NCBI GenBank assembly: GCA_051294375.1
Contig: CM119270.1
Coordinates: 17,606,893 to 17,670,892, forward strand
Direction: 5' to 3'
Length of the DNA: 64,000 nucleotides
Origin: Paraspadella gotoi
Taxonomy: Eukaryota > Animalia > Chaetognatha
The notes under the pieces were generated by a model that was given only the letters and a program-made list of their open reading frames with translations, made no database searches and was not told the origin of the DNA. The first letter of the stretch is position 1. Every line of letters starts with the position of its first letter. Made by a program: the position numbers and the translations under genes. Positions 12,054 through 38,400 of the stretch are shown here, one piece after another.

Positions 12054-12242
12054 CTGTGATCGTTTCGAGAAAACCGTCGACTTGGATCAGCAAGACTTAA
12101 ATAGTATTTGTCAAAGTCTATTTTAAATGATATTTGAAAAATTCAGTTTCTGAGAAAATACTTAACGATCTCCTGCAAGACCTGACCCATCCTTGTCGCC
12201 CGCGTCTTTTTAGCGTCTTTCGTAATTCCCCACCAACTCTTA

Positions 12243-12350
12243 CCCACAAGGCCCACACCAGGCCGACCCACAAGGCCGACCCCCACTCCGCCCCCATACC
12301 GCCCCACGCCCCACGCCCCACTCCCCACTTCCCACGCCCAACCCTAAACC
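12243..12350. promoter_or_regulatory. C-rich repeat island with KLF/Sp-like CCACGCCC motifs; G-quadruplex-capable on the minus strand
   Basis: cccacaaggcc x2 followed by tandem GCCCCAC-type heptamers. The minus strand has at least 6 G3-G5 runs. Equivalent copies near 25141-25240, 35807-35910 and 50502-50600. Confidence 0.45.
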
Positions 12351-14826
12351 TCGGCCATCGTCAATTTCACCAGCCAAGTTTTTCCCCCTTATTTTTTTTC
12401 GCATCCACGGGTTTTTTTCGCGAGCGATTCTCAAGACGAGAGAGTGGCGAGAGATGAGCGCGGCAGAAAATTAATTACGAGGAGAGAGAGAGAGTGCCGA
12501 ATAGCCCTTTGCGTTGCGAGCGTGCCACAAATGCGCGCATTGACACGAAGGCTATGACGCTCGTCAAACTTGAAAAAATAAAAAGATTAAAAAGTGAGAA
12601 AAATGAAGAAAAACACGTAATTTCTGTGATGACTTGAAAGTAAAAAAAAAGGAAAAAAAGGAAAGAAAAAAAGAAAAAAAATCCATTTACATTCGCGAAA
12701 AGAAAAAAAAATACATACTGCGATTGGATTGAACGACTCGAGCGAAGGAATCGATGACAATAAAAAAGGGACAAAACGGACAGACGGACTAACCGGACAC
12801 TAACGACAAAAACAAACAGAAATGGATATCCGTGTGAATTACCTGAAAAAAATGACTTACGCCTTCCTAACCCTTCACCAATCGATTTCCTCCACCCGCT
12901 CGCCTCACCCCGCTACTACGCGAGTCTCTGTGAATCTGAGTTGGAATCTTTTGTGAATTCGGGGAATTCTCCCGATCCGACGACGACGACGACGACAAAA
13001 GCGTCCAAAAAAATCCGATAGTAGAAGGAAATCGAGAGAAAAGGAAAAAAAAACTCTTCTCTTCTTCAAAAAAGGGATTAAAAGGAAAGAAAAAGGGAAG
13101 AAAACAAAAGGGTAAAAAGAGAATAAATAAAGATAAAAAAGGGAAAAAACTCAAAACAAAGGGATAAAAGGGAAGAAAAAGGGATAAAAAAAGGGAAGAA
13201 AAAGGGATAAAAGGGAAGAAAAAAGTATAAAAAAAGGGAAGAGGGATCTACAAAAAGGGCGGTTTTTAAATGAGAAAAGAACTGGAGGGGGGAAAAAATA
13301 AAGGGAGCACAACACAAGAATAATGGACTGAAATTTTAAAAAAAAAAAGTAAAAGAGAAACAAAAAAGTAAGAATTGAAAGAGAACACGATAGACGCGTA
13401 GGCGCGCAAAAACGAGAGAGGTTCCGACTTTTCATCGTATTTCATCGGAAACAAACCCAACTTGTAGAAAAAAAGGATAGGAAAAAAACAAAAACAAATA
13501 GAAAAGATAAAAATTAAAAAACTAGAACGAGAAGAGAAGCCCTTTTTTTAAAAAGTCCCGTTCGTCGGAAACAAAGACAAAAAAAAATAAAAATAAAAAA
13601 GAAAGAAAAAAGAAAAAAATAAGGCGTAAAACAAACAGGACAACGTGACGAAACAAGGAAATTGGAGGAAGACCAATTCTTCCTTCTTCTTTCCTCTGCC
13701 GAAAAAAAAACAAAAGACAATTCGTTTGGGAGCATATTGCATAATAATAATAAAAGGAAAGAAAGAACTAAAGAAAAATATCCAATAATAATCCCAACAA
13801 AACGACAACAGCCCACGAATTAGACAACAACAACCTAAGGAGTTTCCTCCTCGCCACCGCGGAAAAAATCTTGTTAAAAATCGCTTTCGACGAAAAAAAA
13901 AAAAAAGAAAAGAAAGAAAGAAAGTTTTCTTCTTTTTTTCCTCCTCGCGCCCATAAACGAAAGAAAAAAATGCTTTCATCAGCGTTACGAGACCGGAAAG
14001 AGGAATGAGAGTTAATAGGAGTAGAGAAGAGAGTAAAAGAGGGAAAGGTAAAAAGAGAAGAGAAGATAAGCAAAGAGGCAGAGGATAAAAAAATCCGAGA
14101 GCTTAAGGGACGATCAAAATCCGTCGCGCGGAGAAGTTTTTAAGGGGAAGTCGAAAGCAAACGCAAGAAAAATATATACGCGTAAAAATTTTAAGGCTAA
14201 AAATTTTAAAAAAATTATTTTTGATATTATACTAACAAAAAAAACCGCGAAATTGAATTGATTGTGTCGGGATTTCCTAATCCCTAACAAATAATTCAGT
14301 TAGAAATATCTCGAAAACAAAAACCATCTGGATTTTATTAACAACCATAAATCATTCAGTTCTTCTCCTCACGCTACAAAATAAATAAATAAAATAATAA
14401 AAAAGCTATAAAACAAGTAAAAACGTTCATTTTCAAAAGTTTAACTATAAAAATTAAAAAAACCCGAACAATTCCAATTTCGATTCGTCTCTTTTCCAAA
14501 GAACCCAACCGACAAAATCCTCTCTGCCACCGGTTCATTTTCTTTCGTCCTTTCTCTCTATCTGTCTCAGTCATTTTTCGTCTCTCTCTATCTTCTATTT
14601 GTCTCCGCGTCCTTAAACGTGGTTTTAATCGATAATCGTCCGCAGCAGCCAACAACCCTAAACCCCGCCAAACCCCCCCCCAAAAAAAAATATATATTTC
14701 GCTCCTTCATAAACGATAATAACTTTAAGTTTGTTTGTTTGTTATTTTTTTTCTCTATTTTCTCGTTCGTTGTTTACGATTTTTGACCGTCTGTTACTTA
14801 TCGTCGGACTCGTAATTCTTGTCCGT

Positions 14827-14836
14827 GTCACGTGAC
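14827..14836. promoter_or_regulatory. Perfect GTCACGTGAC palindrome (CLEAR-type E-box)
   Basis: Exact 10-mer, also at 27641, 38314 and 53052. Function is not demonstrated. Confidence 0.25.
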
Positions 14837-17800
14837 TCTTAATCGGTCCACGTTTTTTTGTTTATTACCAAAAAATTTTAAAAAAAATAAAAACTATTGT
14901 AAACATTTTTAAAAAACTTTATGACGAAAAAAAAAAATTAAACGATACAGCGACGCCTTCCGGGAAATATGACTCGGTAACAAAAGGACGAAACAAATCG
15001 AAAGTAAAAGAAACCGTAAACGAAACCAAAACATAACTTTTTTTTTGTTTTTTTTTCTTCGACGCATGCTTTTTCTTTTATAAACACAAGAACGCGAAGA
15101 AAGAAATGTTTTGAAATTAAGGAAAAACAAGGAAAAACAAAAACAACAAAAAAATAAAAACACAAAACTTATAAAGGCCTTCTTGTTCGCAAGTTTTATC
15201 TCAAGTCTACAACAAACAAATTATCGATTATTCCTAAGTCAAAAATTAAAAAAAAGACGAAAAAAAAAAAAAATTGAACTCAAAGTAGGTTAAAAAAAAA
15301 ACCCCAATCTTGGGAAAATTAATCGTCATCAAAGTCCACGACTCTCACATTTGTTTTCGTATGACTTCTCACCGACTCGCGTGAAATTGGTCTCGATCCC
15401 CGCGTCTTGTGAAAACCAAACCAAAAAAACACAAACGCCAAAAAAAAACGAAACAAGTACCAATCAAATACATTGAATAATACGAGAAAATCGACTATCG
15501 GACGGATTTTTTAACTTAATTTCCTCTTTGCCTACTAAAATGGCATTCCATTGATAATCTTCAAAAATCCCAAAGTGCTTCGACACCAATATTTGTTCAC
15601 TCCCTGTCCAAGGCGGAAACAAAGAAAAAAAAAAAAAACCCAAAAAGAACAATCTACTCGCGAAAAAAACAAACAAAAAACAAAAAACTTAAATTCGTGA
15701 TTCGAGCAGAAATGAATAAACTTAAGAAAATTATTAAACACCACACACCACACCAACAAAAAGCCGTTCTCTTTTTGAATTCGTGTTCGCAGTACACACA
15801 CGACGAAAAAACTAAACGAATAAAAATTTCCGTGTGGACTAAGAATTGAAAAAAATTAACGTATAACCGAGAGAAGACGAAAATATCGATTATTTTTTTA
15901 AAAAAATAGCAGATCGCAAACATATATGCGCATAACATATATTTATAGGCTAGATACAATATAATTATATATATCCAGCTTGCCACACACTCTCGCTTGA
16001 ACGACACACCGGTTTTTTCAAATTTCTTTTTTTTTTTTGCCCATGATTTCGTTTCGTTTTGATTTACAGCAGCAAAGGAGATTGCTTGGCATTAATCATT
16101 TTTCGCATCTTTGTCGCAAAAAGAAAAGTCCGACTGCTACTTCAAAACTTCGGACGGCGATCTTCATTTTAGTTATAATTGTATCGGATCGTTCAATATA
16201 CATTTCATTCGCTTCGCTTTTTCATATAAATATCGAACGAACCGCGATTTTGTTTATGATTAAACTTCTTGTCAAATTCAACGCTTATTAAAAAAAAAAA
16301 ACCAAAAAAAAAAACCAACAACTAAAATAACAACAAAAAAGGATCTTACTAACCGCTTTGCCCATCGCCAAAAACAAAAACAAAAAAAATCTGCTATAAA
16401 AAAAAAAATAATCGAGAATCGAACCTTCACTAATCGTTTGCGAGAATTTTCACGACCACCTCGGAAATAGACACGGTCAGGTCCAACAAACGTCAGCCCT
16501 GGACAGGTACAAGTGCATCAACACCCTTGTCCCCCGCTACGCCCCTCGAGCCCCGCACCCTCCCATCAAGAGACCACAAAAAGGCAGAAACCAGCCTCCA
16601 CAACAAAGCCCGCCCTCAACCTACCCAAAGCGATAAAAAGGGAAGAAACGGCGGCATTCGCGTTCTGCCCAGGAAACCCCCAAAAAGGGTCGAATAGTCG
16701 TAACCCCCACTTTCCCTGTGAGGACGGACCCGTACTCACCCGAGTAAGGTTCGTCCTTACGAGGCACTGCCCAGACAATACTCATACAAACGCCAGCCTT
16801 ACTGCATCATTCTGCTTCAGTGAGAAAAAGGTCATGCGAAGGTTTGATGAAATGGATTTAAGAGAGAGAGAGAGGAGGAGAGAGAGAGAGAGAGAGAGAG
16901 AAGAGGAGAGAGAGAGAAGAGAGAGAGAAGAGAGAGAGAGAGAGAGACGTGAGTCTTTTTACACTATCTGCATCTTTGTTAATCTTTTGTTTAAATTTTC
17001 CTCGATTTTTTCGCAGGGACATCTGCCGTCGATCTTCATCCCCGCTGCTCCGCTCCATCACAATTAAAAGAAAAACAAATAAACAAAAGATTCTTCATCG
17101 CTATCGTAGCTACTGCGCAAAAAAAAAAAAAAAAAACCCAAATAAATAAATAAACAAACCCCCCCCCAAAAAAAAATATACTTACCTTCGTCATTAACGC
17201 AACTAGGCAGTAGTCGGTTTTAAAAAAATACAAACCTAATTTTTGTTTAACTTACTTCGTTACTAATATCGTCTCTTTCATTGTCTTGCTATCTCGCTTT
17301 CCCTTCCTGTCTTGTTATTCGTGCCGCCCCCCCCCCAACAAAAAAGATTGTTATTATTCACTAGTGCGTATCACGTCATCGTCCTAACGTAAGAGAAAGA
17401 AAAAGAAAAAATATTCGTAGTTATACTTAGTCGTACCCTTCTAACGAGAGTGTTAGAATTAGAAAATATTTTTCAAAAACTGAACTAATTATTACTAAAA
17501 ACAAAAATAAAAATACAAAATTCGTTAGAAACCCTTACATCGCGACGTTGCTCATCTCTCTCTTTCTCTCCCGACAATTTTACTTCTTTTCGAATAAATA
17601 ATCGTTTTCTTTCAAAAACCTTAAAAGAAAAAAAAACTCTCGAATAATAAAAAAGAAAAAAAAAATAGTAAAAGTGGAGAAAAAGCGAAAATATTGCTTC
17701 GGACTCTTGTGACCTTGAGCATAAAAACGCCTCACCTCTTCACTCGCATCTCACTTACCCTTTTTTTCTCTCTCTCTTCTCTCTTTGATTCTTCGCAAGT

Positions 17801-19579
17801 CTCGCGCCGGCGACGAACGACCTTCCAGTTTTTTTTTTTACGAAGGTGAGTTGTCGTCGTTGTTGTCGTCGTCGGCGTTGTCGTTTGTTGTTGTATTTTT
17901 GTGCGCATCATTCGGAGTCAATGGTAATCCATGTGAATGGATGTGAATGACGAAAATGTCGTTTTTCACGCTCGGTGACCCAAACTAAGCGTCTAGGCTT
18001 TCTTTCATTTTTATGAAAGTCGTAAAGGTTGAAGCTTCCGGTTTCTAAAATCAATTCCAACTCAATTTTATTTTTTTTTTTTATTTCCATTTATTTTTTC
18101 TGTTTTATTGAAAAATCGATGAATCGTGAAACGAAATCCAGTTTCACACGATCGTTTTTTGTTTTTTTTTTTAAGAAAAAAAAATTTAAAAAAGCATAAT
18201 ATCAAAGTTGAAACATTATTTGTAATTTAAAAATAACCTGTGAGTGACATGACATCACAACTATTGTGAAGGATGTCGATTACCCAATCTGTTCTATTTA
18301 GGACTATTCACTAGCGTTTCATACAGAATTTATTTATGACACATTGGATTATTTCAGATTAATTCAGGATTGATGATGAACCAAAATCTGTTGAGACTTG
18401 AAAACAACATCAAAGAAGAAAATTTTTTTTTGGTTATATCTATTTCGGAAAGAGAGAGAGAGAGATGAGAGACGAGAGAAGAGAGAGGAGAGAAGAGAGA
18501 GAGAGATTCGATAGGCGATAGAGATACCTAAGTGCTCATTTATTTTGACCCTATTATCTCAAACAGTTATACTGGAAATCCAATTAATTTCTAATCTAAT
18601 ACAGAGAAATAGTAGTATTTCCCTTAAACTTTTTTTTCCAATCTTCCCACAGGACGTTCCGGCATCTCGGCCGCAGCATATCCGCCATATCTCAGCAGCA
18701 GCAGCATTTCTCCTCTTGCCTTCAATCGTCCGCTTGCCTCGAACCGACCGGGTTTGCCGCAATTGCAGCACACCTTTGACCTTCTCTCTCACCCACTTGA
18801 ACCTTGTTTATTATTTTTTTTTTGTTCGTCCGAAACTTCGCAATTTTGATTTTGCGGAGATCAAGTTTTGATATTCGTCTTTGCATCAAAGAAACTGAGA
18901 ATAAGTTAACGTGCCAAAAAAAAAAAACCCTATAATTTACTTATTTATAAACATTATTTAACGGATTCTTTAATATTTTCATTTTGCAGCATTCCTACAC
19001 TAACGCTCTGCTTTGCAGAAAACGTCCACAACACAAGGAGCATCCCAATAAATCATTAATTCAACTCCTTTTAATTTTTACCTTCATTCCTTATTTTTTT
19101 TTTAACATAAGCACCTTTTTATTCATTGAAACCTTTACTCGAGCAACGCTTTACAATTATCTACCGGGTAGAAAACTTTATCGAAGTTACTTCCATAGAC
19201 AAATTTCGCTTGGATAACGATTAACTACGACAATAAAAAAGACGTCTATCACAGATCAAATTCCGAATAAAAAACAAAAGATCAGAAACTTGCCAAATCA
19301 GCGAGTCGACCCTTCGTGAGCGTCGCTGTAAGGTCAAGGAAAAGTTTTTGTTTACCCAAAATTAAAAAAAAACAATCGAAAGAAAACGAAAACAAAACAA
19401 AAAACAACACCCTTTTTTTAATAAAAAAAACCCTTCAAAGATTGAAAGAATCCTTTTGAAAAAAAAAGTTTAAAAAAACCCAACTACACCCCTTTAAAAA
19501 ATACATCCCGCAGAAAACAAACACGCTTAGTCATCAAAACAAAAACAACAACAACAACAACAACGACCAAAAAAAAATC

Positions 19580-19788
19580 ATGGGGAAGACGGGAAAAAGA
19601 GCGGAGGCGGCAGCAACGACGTCGCAGCAAACAGCAGCGGCGGCGGCGGGAACGTCAAAAAGCGGGCAAATGCGTCGAGGGAGCAGGGATTCGTCTACGC
19701 GACGAGCGAGGTGGGCCACAACCACAGTCAGCCACGCCGAAAGATGGAGAACAGACAGTCCGGATATCGCCGTCCTCGGAGCGCCATG
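19580..19788 (+). CDS. First coding exon of an unidentified gene, copy 1 (Gly/Ser/Lys-rich N-terminus)
   Basis: aaaatcATGG start context, GC-rich block and donor ATG|gtgagt. The cross-copy consensus begins MGKSGKKSGGGSNDVGSNSSGGGGNVKKRANAS. It is preceded by spliced non-coding exons (donor after 17845, acceptors before 18653 and 18990). Confidence 0.65.
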
Positions 19789-19839
19789 GTGAGTTTAAGG
19801 GGGTTTGGTGGTTGGAAGTAGTGGGTCGGGGTGGTTGGA

Positions 19840-20240
19840 ATTGATTGTGGTTTGATTTGATTTTGGTTTGATTTGATTTGATTTGATTTGATTTGATTTG
19901 GATTTGATTTGATTTGATTGATTGATTTGATTTGATTTGATTTAAATTTGATTTTGATTGATTTGATTTAGATTTGATTTGATTTAGATTGATTTAGATT
20001 TGATTTAATATAATATGATATTGATATGATAATGATATGATATGATCTGATTTAGATTTGATTAGATCTGATTAGATTTGATTTGATTTGATTTGATTTG
20101 ATTTGATTTAGATTTGATTTGATTGATTTGATTTGATTTGATTTGATTTGATTTGATTTGATTTGAATTTATTTGAATTGGTTTGAATTGATTTGAAGTG
20201 ATTTGATTTGATTTGGAATTGATTGATTTGATTTGGTGAT
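19840..20240 (+). repeat. (GATTT)n/(GATAT)n pentanucleotide microsatellite in the intron
   Basis: Tandem GATTT with a GATAT core. Copies at ~32611-32935, ~43191-43425 and ~58215-58615. Confidence 0.95.
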
Positions 20241-20410
20241 TTAGTTAATGGATGAAATGATATCGGAATAAATTGATGAATCAATGATTCGATCATAGAG
20301 TAATGAATTCAAAGAAATTGATTTCGCATTTTCGTACAGTTTTTACCGTTTGTGACAATAGTATTTTTTTTAATGCTCGTATCTTNNNNNNNNNNNNNNN
20401 NNNNNNNNNN

Positions 20411-33083
<12,673 letters not shown>

Positions 33084-33108
33084 NNNNNNNNNNNNNNNNN
33101 NNNNNNNN

Positions 33109-33145
<37 letters not shown>

Positions 33146-33555
33146 GGACAAATCAATAAGATTAGATCAGAGTTCCTACGGTTTTCAGATGGAAACGTTT
33201 AAATTTTATTAATAACTATTTTTTTGAAAAATTTAATGACTTCACTGTGGTTTTAAATAGATCTCATATGAACAAAAAAAGTTGTTTAGTAGTGTTCGAG
33301 CTAAAAATTTTAACTAAATTATAAAAAAAAAAAAAAACAACTAAAAGCTAAAAAAATTAACTGTATCTTTTTTTTGTTGTAATTTTTAAAATCTACGCAA
33401 AAAAATGCAGAAAAAATCTCGTGGTTGTAATAATCTGGAAAAATATTTCACACATTCTTATGAATTAGACGAATCACAATCGGAGATTCGACCTCTGAGA
33501 TTTTTCTTGGTTTCCTTCTTTTTCCTTGTTCCATGAGGGTCGAAAAAGAAATGGA

Positions 33556-33591
<36 letters not shown>

Positions 33592-33681
33592 AAGAGAGGA
33601 GAGAGGAGAGAGAGAGAGAGGAGAGAAGAGAGAGAGTTAGAGTGAGAGAGAGAAAGAGAGAGAGAGGAGTGAGAGTGAAAG

Positions 33682-33713
<32 letters not shown>

Positions 33714-33752
33714 GTGAGGAAAGAGGAGAAGGGGAGAGAGAGAGTGAGAGAT

Positions 33753-33785
<33 letters not shown>

Positions 33786-34192
33786 CGAGAGAGAGAGAGT
33801 GATGAGAGAGAGAGAGAGATGATAGAGAGAGTTAGAGTGAGAGATGAGAGAGAGAGAGAGAGAGAGGAGATGAGAGAAGAGAGAGAGAGAGAGAGAGAAA
33901 AATAAGAGGAAACGATTGTACCAGCATAAAAAAGAGAGCAGCGAAGTAAGTATCAAGCCATTAGTGAAAAAAAAACCCTTGTTCCCTGCTTCCCATTTTT
34001 TCTTCCTATTTACCCGTTTGCGCGCGCAAATACGCGCAAAAGCACGAACAGATGCGCGCGAGTAAAAGTGCGTGCGTCGCACGCGCAACATTCCCCGCTT
34101 TCGCCCGCGAGATTGAGACGAAAAAACTTCTTTGAATAATTCCCGCCTTATCACGTTAGGCTCATTTCCTTCAATCTTTAAACGAGAGAGAG

Positions 34193-34251
<59 letters not shown>

Positions 34252-34586
34252 AGAAGAGAGAGAGGAGAAGAGGAGAGCAGGAAGGACGGAGGTCTGAGAG
34301 ATGAGAGATAAGATGGAGAGAGAGAGAGACTGAGAGAGAGTAAAGAATAAATAAGCCATAGTAAAAATTGTGAAATTCTTCCCAAGAGCGTACACCAATG
34401 TTTCTGTTTGGAAAGCAAGCAACGTTCAGGCTATTTTTCATTTGAACGTTGGTCAAATATAACAATAAAAAAAGGTATACTTATAAACCCTAACCATTTT
34501 AAACAAATAAAAAATAACTCTATGCATTCGAGGGAAGAAAAAACTATAAATAAATTAATGAAACGATATTATTGTCTCCTTCTCAG

Positions 34587-35143
34587 GCGATTCGTGAATT
34601 CGTGAATCAACTTCACATCCATCGACTCGCATCTTCGTCGACCAATCAATTCGAATCACTTGCGATACGCAAACCAATCAATCCAGCTTTCTTTCCATCT
34701 CTCCATTCGTCGTCCTGGCTTAACCCTCACCCCGTCTGTACTCCCTACTCACCTCCTCCTCCTCCTCCTCCTCCTCCTCCTCCTCCCTCATCCAAATCTC
34801 CTCAAAAACCTCGGCCTCCTTTTAAACGGTCAAATAATCCCTCCCGATTCCTTTCGCCCGGACATTTCCCGCCAAATCAGCAACGTCGTCGTCGTCAACA
34901 GCGCCGACGACAACAACAACGACGACTTCAACAAAAACAACAACGTCAACAAGGTCAACAGTGTAAAAACAACCGGCCGAGCGGAATAAAAAAAACATCA
35001 GCATACAAAGTCTATTTAAAAAAAAAAACAAAAACAAAAGGCGAGGAAAAAAAAACAACGAAAACAAAACATTCGAAAACAAAACCAATCGAGAGAGAAC
35101 GACGACGACGAAAAAGAGGACGACGTCCAAAACCGACCGAGGA

Positions 35144-35177
<34 letters not shown>

Positions 35178-35237
35178 ACTGATCCCTCTCGGTTCTCGAG
35201 TCCAATTACGTCGAATTCTCGTTGTACCAATTCCTAA
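34587..35237 (+). other. Exon-like segment after a good acceptor; open frame Pro/Gln/Arg/Lys-rich, coding status doubtful
   Basis: ttgtctccttctcag|GCGATT acceptor (also at 10868 and ~23907). The 221-aa frame is open only in copy 3 and is mostly simple repeats. Confidence 0.25.
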
Positions 35238-35404
35238 ATCCAGACCCAGAGGAGGAAAAAAAAGAAAGGAAAAGGAGGAAAAGAAAAGGAGAAGAGTTAA
35301 AAAAAGGAAATAAGGAAAGAAAAAGGAGAAAAAGGAGAGACAAGCGATTCGTCGGTGGTGTGGTCTTTTTTTTTCCGAGGGGCATTAGCTGTTCTCTCTC
35401 TTCT

Positions 35405-35462
<58 letters not shown>

Positions 35463-38400
35463 TCTCTCTCTCCTCTCTACAACCATCGGCGCTCCCTGTC
35501 CAGAGTCAACAGTCCGCTTCTTCAACACGACTTCCGCTTCTGGAACTTACCCTGATTTGGGACTCACCAACCCCAGCATCTCCCTCTGAGAGTTTCTGTC
35601 CGTTTCAGACGACAGCTGTGATCGTTTCGAGAAAACCGTCGATTGGATCAGCAAGACTTAAATAGTTATTTTTGTCAAAGTCTATTTTAAATGATATTTG
35701 ATAAAATTCAAGTTCTGAGAAAATATTAACGATCTCGCTGCAGACCTGACCCATCCTTGTCGCCGCGTCTTTTAGCGTTTCTTTCGTAATCCCCTACCAA
35801 CTCTTACCCACAAGGCCCAACCAGGCCGACCCACAAGGCCGAACCCACTCCGCCCCATACCGCCCCACGCCCCACGCCCCACTCCCCACTCCCCACGCCC
35901 AACCCTAACCTCGGCCATCGTCAATTTCACCAGCCAAGTTTTTCCCCCTTATTTTTTTCGCACGTCCACGGGTTTTTTTTTCGCGAGCGATTCTCAAGAC
36001 GAGAGAGTGCGGAGAGAGAGCGGGCAGAAAATATTACCGAGGAGACGACGAGAGAGTGCGAATCAGCCCTTTGCGTGCGAGCGTGCACAAACTGCGCGCA
36101 TTGACACGGAAGTCTATGACGTCGTCAAACTTTTTGAAAAAATTAAAAGATAAAAAGTGAGAAAAATGAAAAGAAAAACGACGTAATTTCTGTGATGACT
36201 TGAAAAGTAAAAAAAAGGAAAAAAAGGAAAAGAAAAAAGAAAAAAAATCCATTTCATTCGCGAAAGAAAAAAAATATCTGCGATTGGATGAACGATCGAG
36301 CGAAAGGAATCGATGACAATAAAAAAGGGACAAACGGACAGACGGACTAACGGACACTAAACGGACGAAAAACAAACAGAAATGGATTCCGTGTGAATTC
36401 CTGAAAAAAATGACTACGCCTTCCTAACCCCTCACCCAATCGATTCCTCACCCGCTCGCCTCACCCGCTACTACGCGAGTCTCTGTGAATCTGAGTGAAT
36501 CTTTTGTGAATCTCGGGGAATCTCCCGATCCGGACGACGACGACGTCGACGACGACGAAGTCGTCCAAAGAAATCCGATAGTAGAAGGAAATCGAGAAAA
36601 AGGAAAAAAAAACTCTTCTCTTCTCAAAAAAGGGATAAAAGGAAAGAAAAAGGGAAGAAAAAAGGGTAAAAAGAGAATAAATAAAGATAAAAAAGGAAAA
36701 AACTCAAAAAAAGGATAAAAGGGAAGAAAAAGGGATAAAAAAGGGAAGAAAAAGGGATAAAAAGGGAAGAAAAAGTATAAAAAAAGGGAAGAGGATACAA
36801 AAAGGGCGGTTTAAATGAGAAAAGAACTGGAGGGGAAAAAAATAAAGGGAGCACAAACAGAATAATGGATGAAATTTTAAAAAAAAGTAAAAGAGACAAA
36901 AAGTAAGAATTTGAAAGAGAACCGATAGTACGGTAGGGGCAAAAGAGAGAGGTCCGACTTTCATCGTTTTCATCGGAAACAAACCCAACTGTAGAAAAAG
37001 GATAGGAAAAAAACAAAACAAATAGAAGATAAAAAAAAACTAGAGAGCGAGAAGAGAAGCCCCTTTTAAAAAGTCCCGTCGTCGGAAAAAAAGACAAAAC
37101 AAAAATAAAAATAAAAAAGAAAGAAAAAAGAAAAAAAATAAAAGGGTAAAACAAAAGGGAAACGTGACGAAAAAAAGAAATTGGAGGAAGACAATTTTCT
37201 TCTTTTTCTCTGCGAAAAAAAAACAAAAGACAATTCGTTGGAGTCGATATTGCTAATAATAATAAAAGGAAAGAAAGAACTAAAGAAAATATCCAATAAT
37301 AATCCAACAAAACGACAACAGCCACGAATTAGACAACAACAACCAAGAGTTTCCTCCTTTCGCCAACGCGGAAAATCTGTTAAAAATCGTTTCGACGAAA
37401 AAAAAAAAAGAAAAGAAAGAAAGAAAGTTTTCTTCTTTTTTTTTCCTCCTCGCGCCCATAAACGAAAGAAAAAAATGCTTTCATCAGCGTTCGAGACCGG
37501 GAAAGAGAAGTGAGAGTAATAGGAGTTAGAGAAGAGAGTAAAAGAGAGGAAAGTAAAAAGAGAAGAGAAGATAAGCAAAGAGCAGAGGATAAAAAAATCC
37601 CGAGAGCTTAAGGGGACGATCAAAATCCGTCGCGCGGAGAAGTTTTTAAGGGGAAGTCGAGAAACGCAAAGAAAAATATATACGCGTAAAAAATTTTAAG
37701 GCTAAAAATTTTAAAAAAATTATTTTTGGATATATATACTAACAAAAAAAAAGGCTCGCGATTGAATTGATTGTGGGATTCCTAATCCTAACAATAATCG
37801 TTAGAAATATCTCGAAACAAAAACCATTCTGGATTTTATTAAAAACCATAAATCATTCAGTTCTTCGTCCTCACGCTACAAAATAAATAAATAATAATAA
37901 AAAAGCTATAAATACAAGTGAAAACGTTCATTTCAAAAGTTAATATAAAAATTAAAAAAACCCAACAATTCCAATTCGATTCGTCTCTTCCAAAGAAACC
38001 AACCGACAAAATCCTCTCTGCCACCGTCATTTTCTTCGTCTCTCTCTCTATCTGTCTCAGTCATTTTTTTCGTCTCTCTCTCTCTATCTGTCTCCGCGTC
38101 TTAACGTGGTTTTAATCGATATCGTCGCAGCAGCCAACAACCCTAAACCCCGCCAAACCCCCCCCCCAAAAAAAAAATATATATATTCGCTCCGTCATAA
38201 ACGATAATAACTTTAAGTTTGTTTGTTTGTTTATTTTTTTCTCTCTATTTCTCGTTCGTTGTTTACGATTTTTACCGTCTGTTACTTATCGTCGGACTCG
38301 TAATTCTTTCCGTGTCACGTGACTCTTAATCGTCCACGTTTTTTTTGTTTTTACCAAAAAAATAAAAAAATAAAAACTATTGTAAACATTTTTTAAAACT

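Larger units (their letters stand above)
7441..20385 (+). repeat. Duplicated locus, copy 1 (~12.9 kb)
   Basis: Colinear with 20411-33083 from aaaccacaacaacacaaaa to aatgctcgtatctt. Differences are mostly small indels. Confidence 0.95.

Noticed and set aside
10767-14665. Telomere-like CCCTAA motifs (~10768, 12342, 14656)
   Set aside because: These are single hexamers, not arrays.
16734-17760. Minus-strand donor-like sites (gtgagt/gtaagt near 16734, 17180, 17754) suggesting a divergent gene
   Set aside because: No matching acceptors or ORF could be assembled, and such hexamers are expected by chance.
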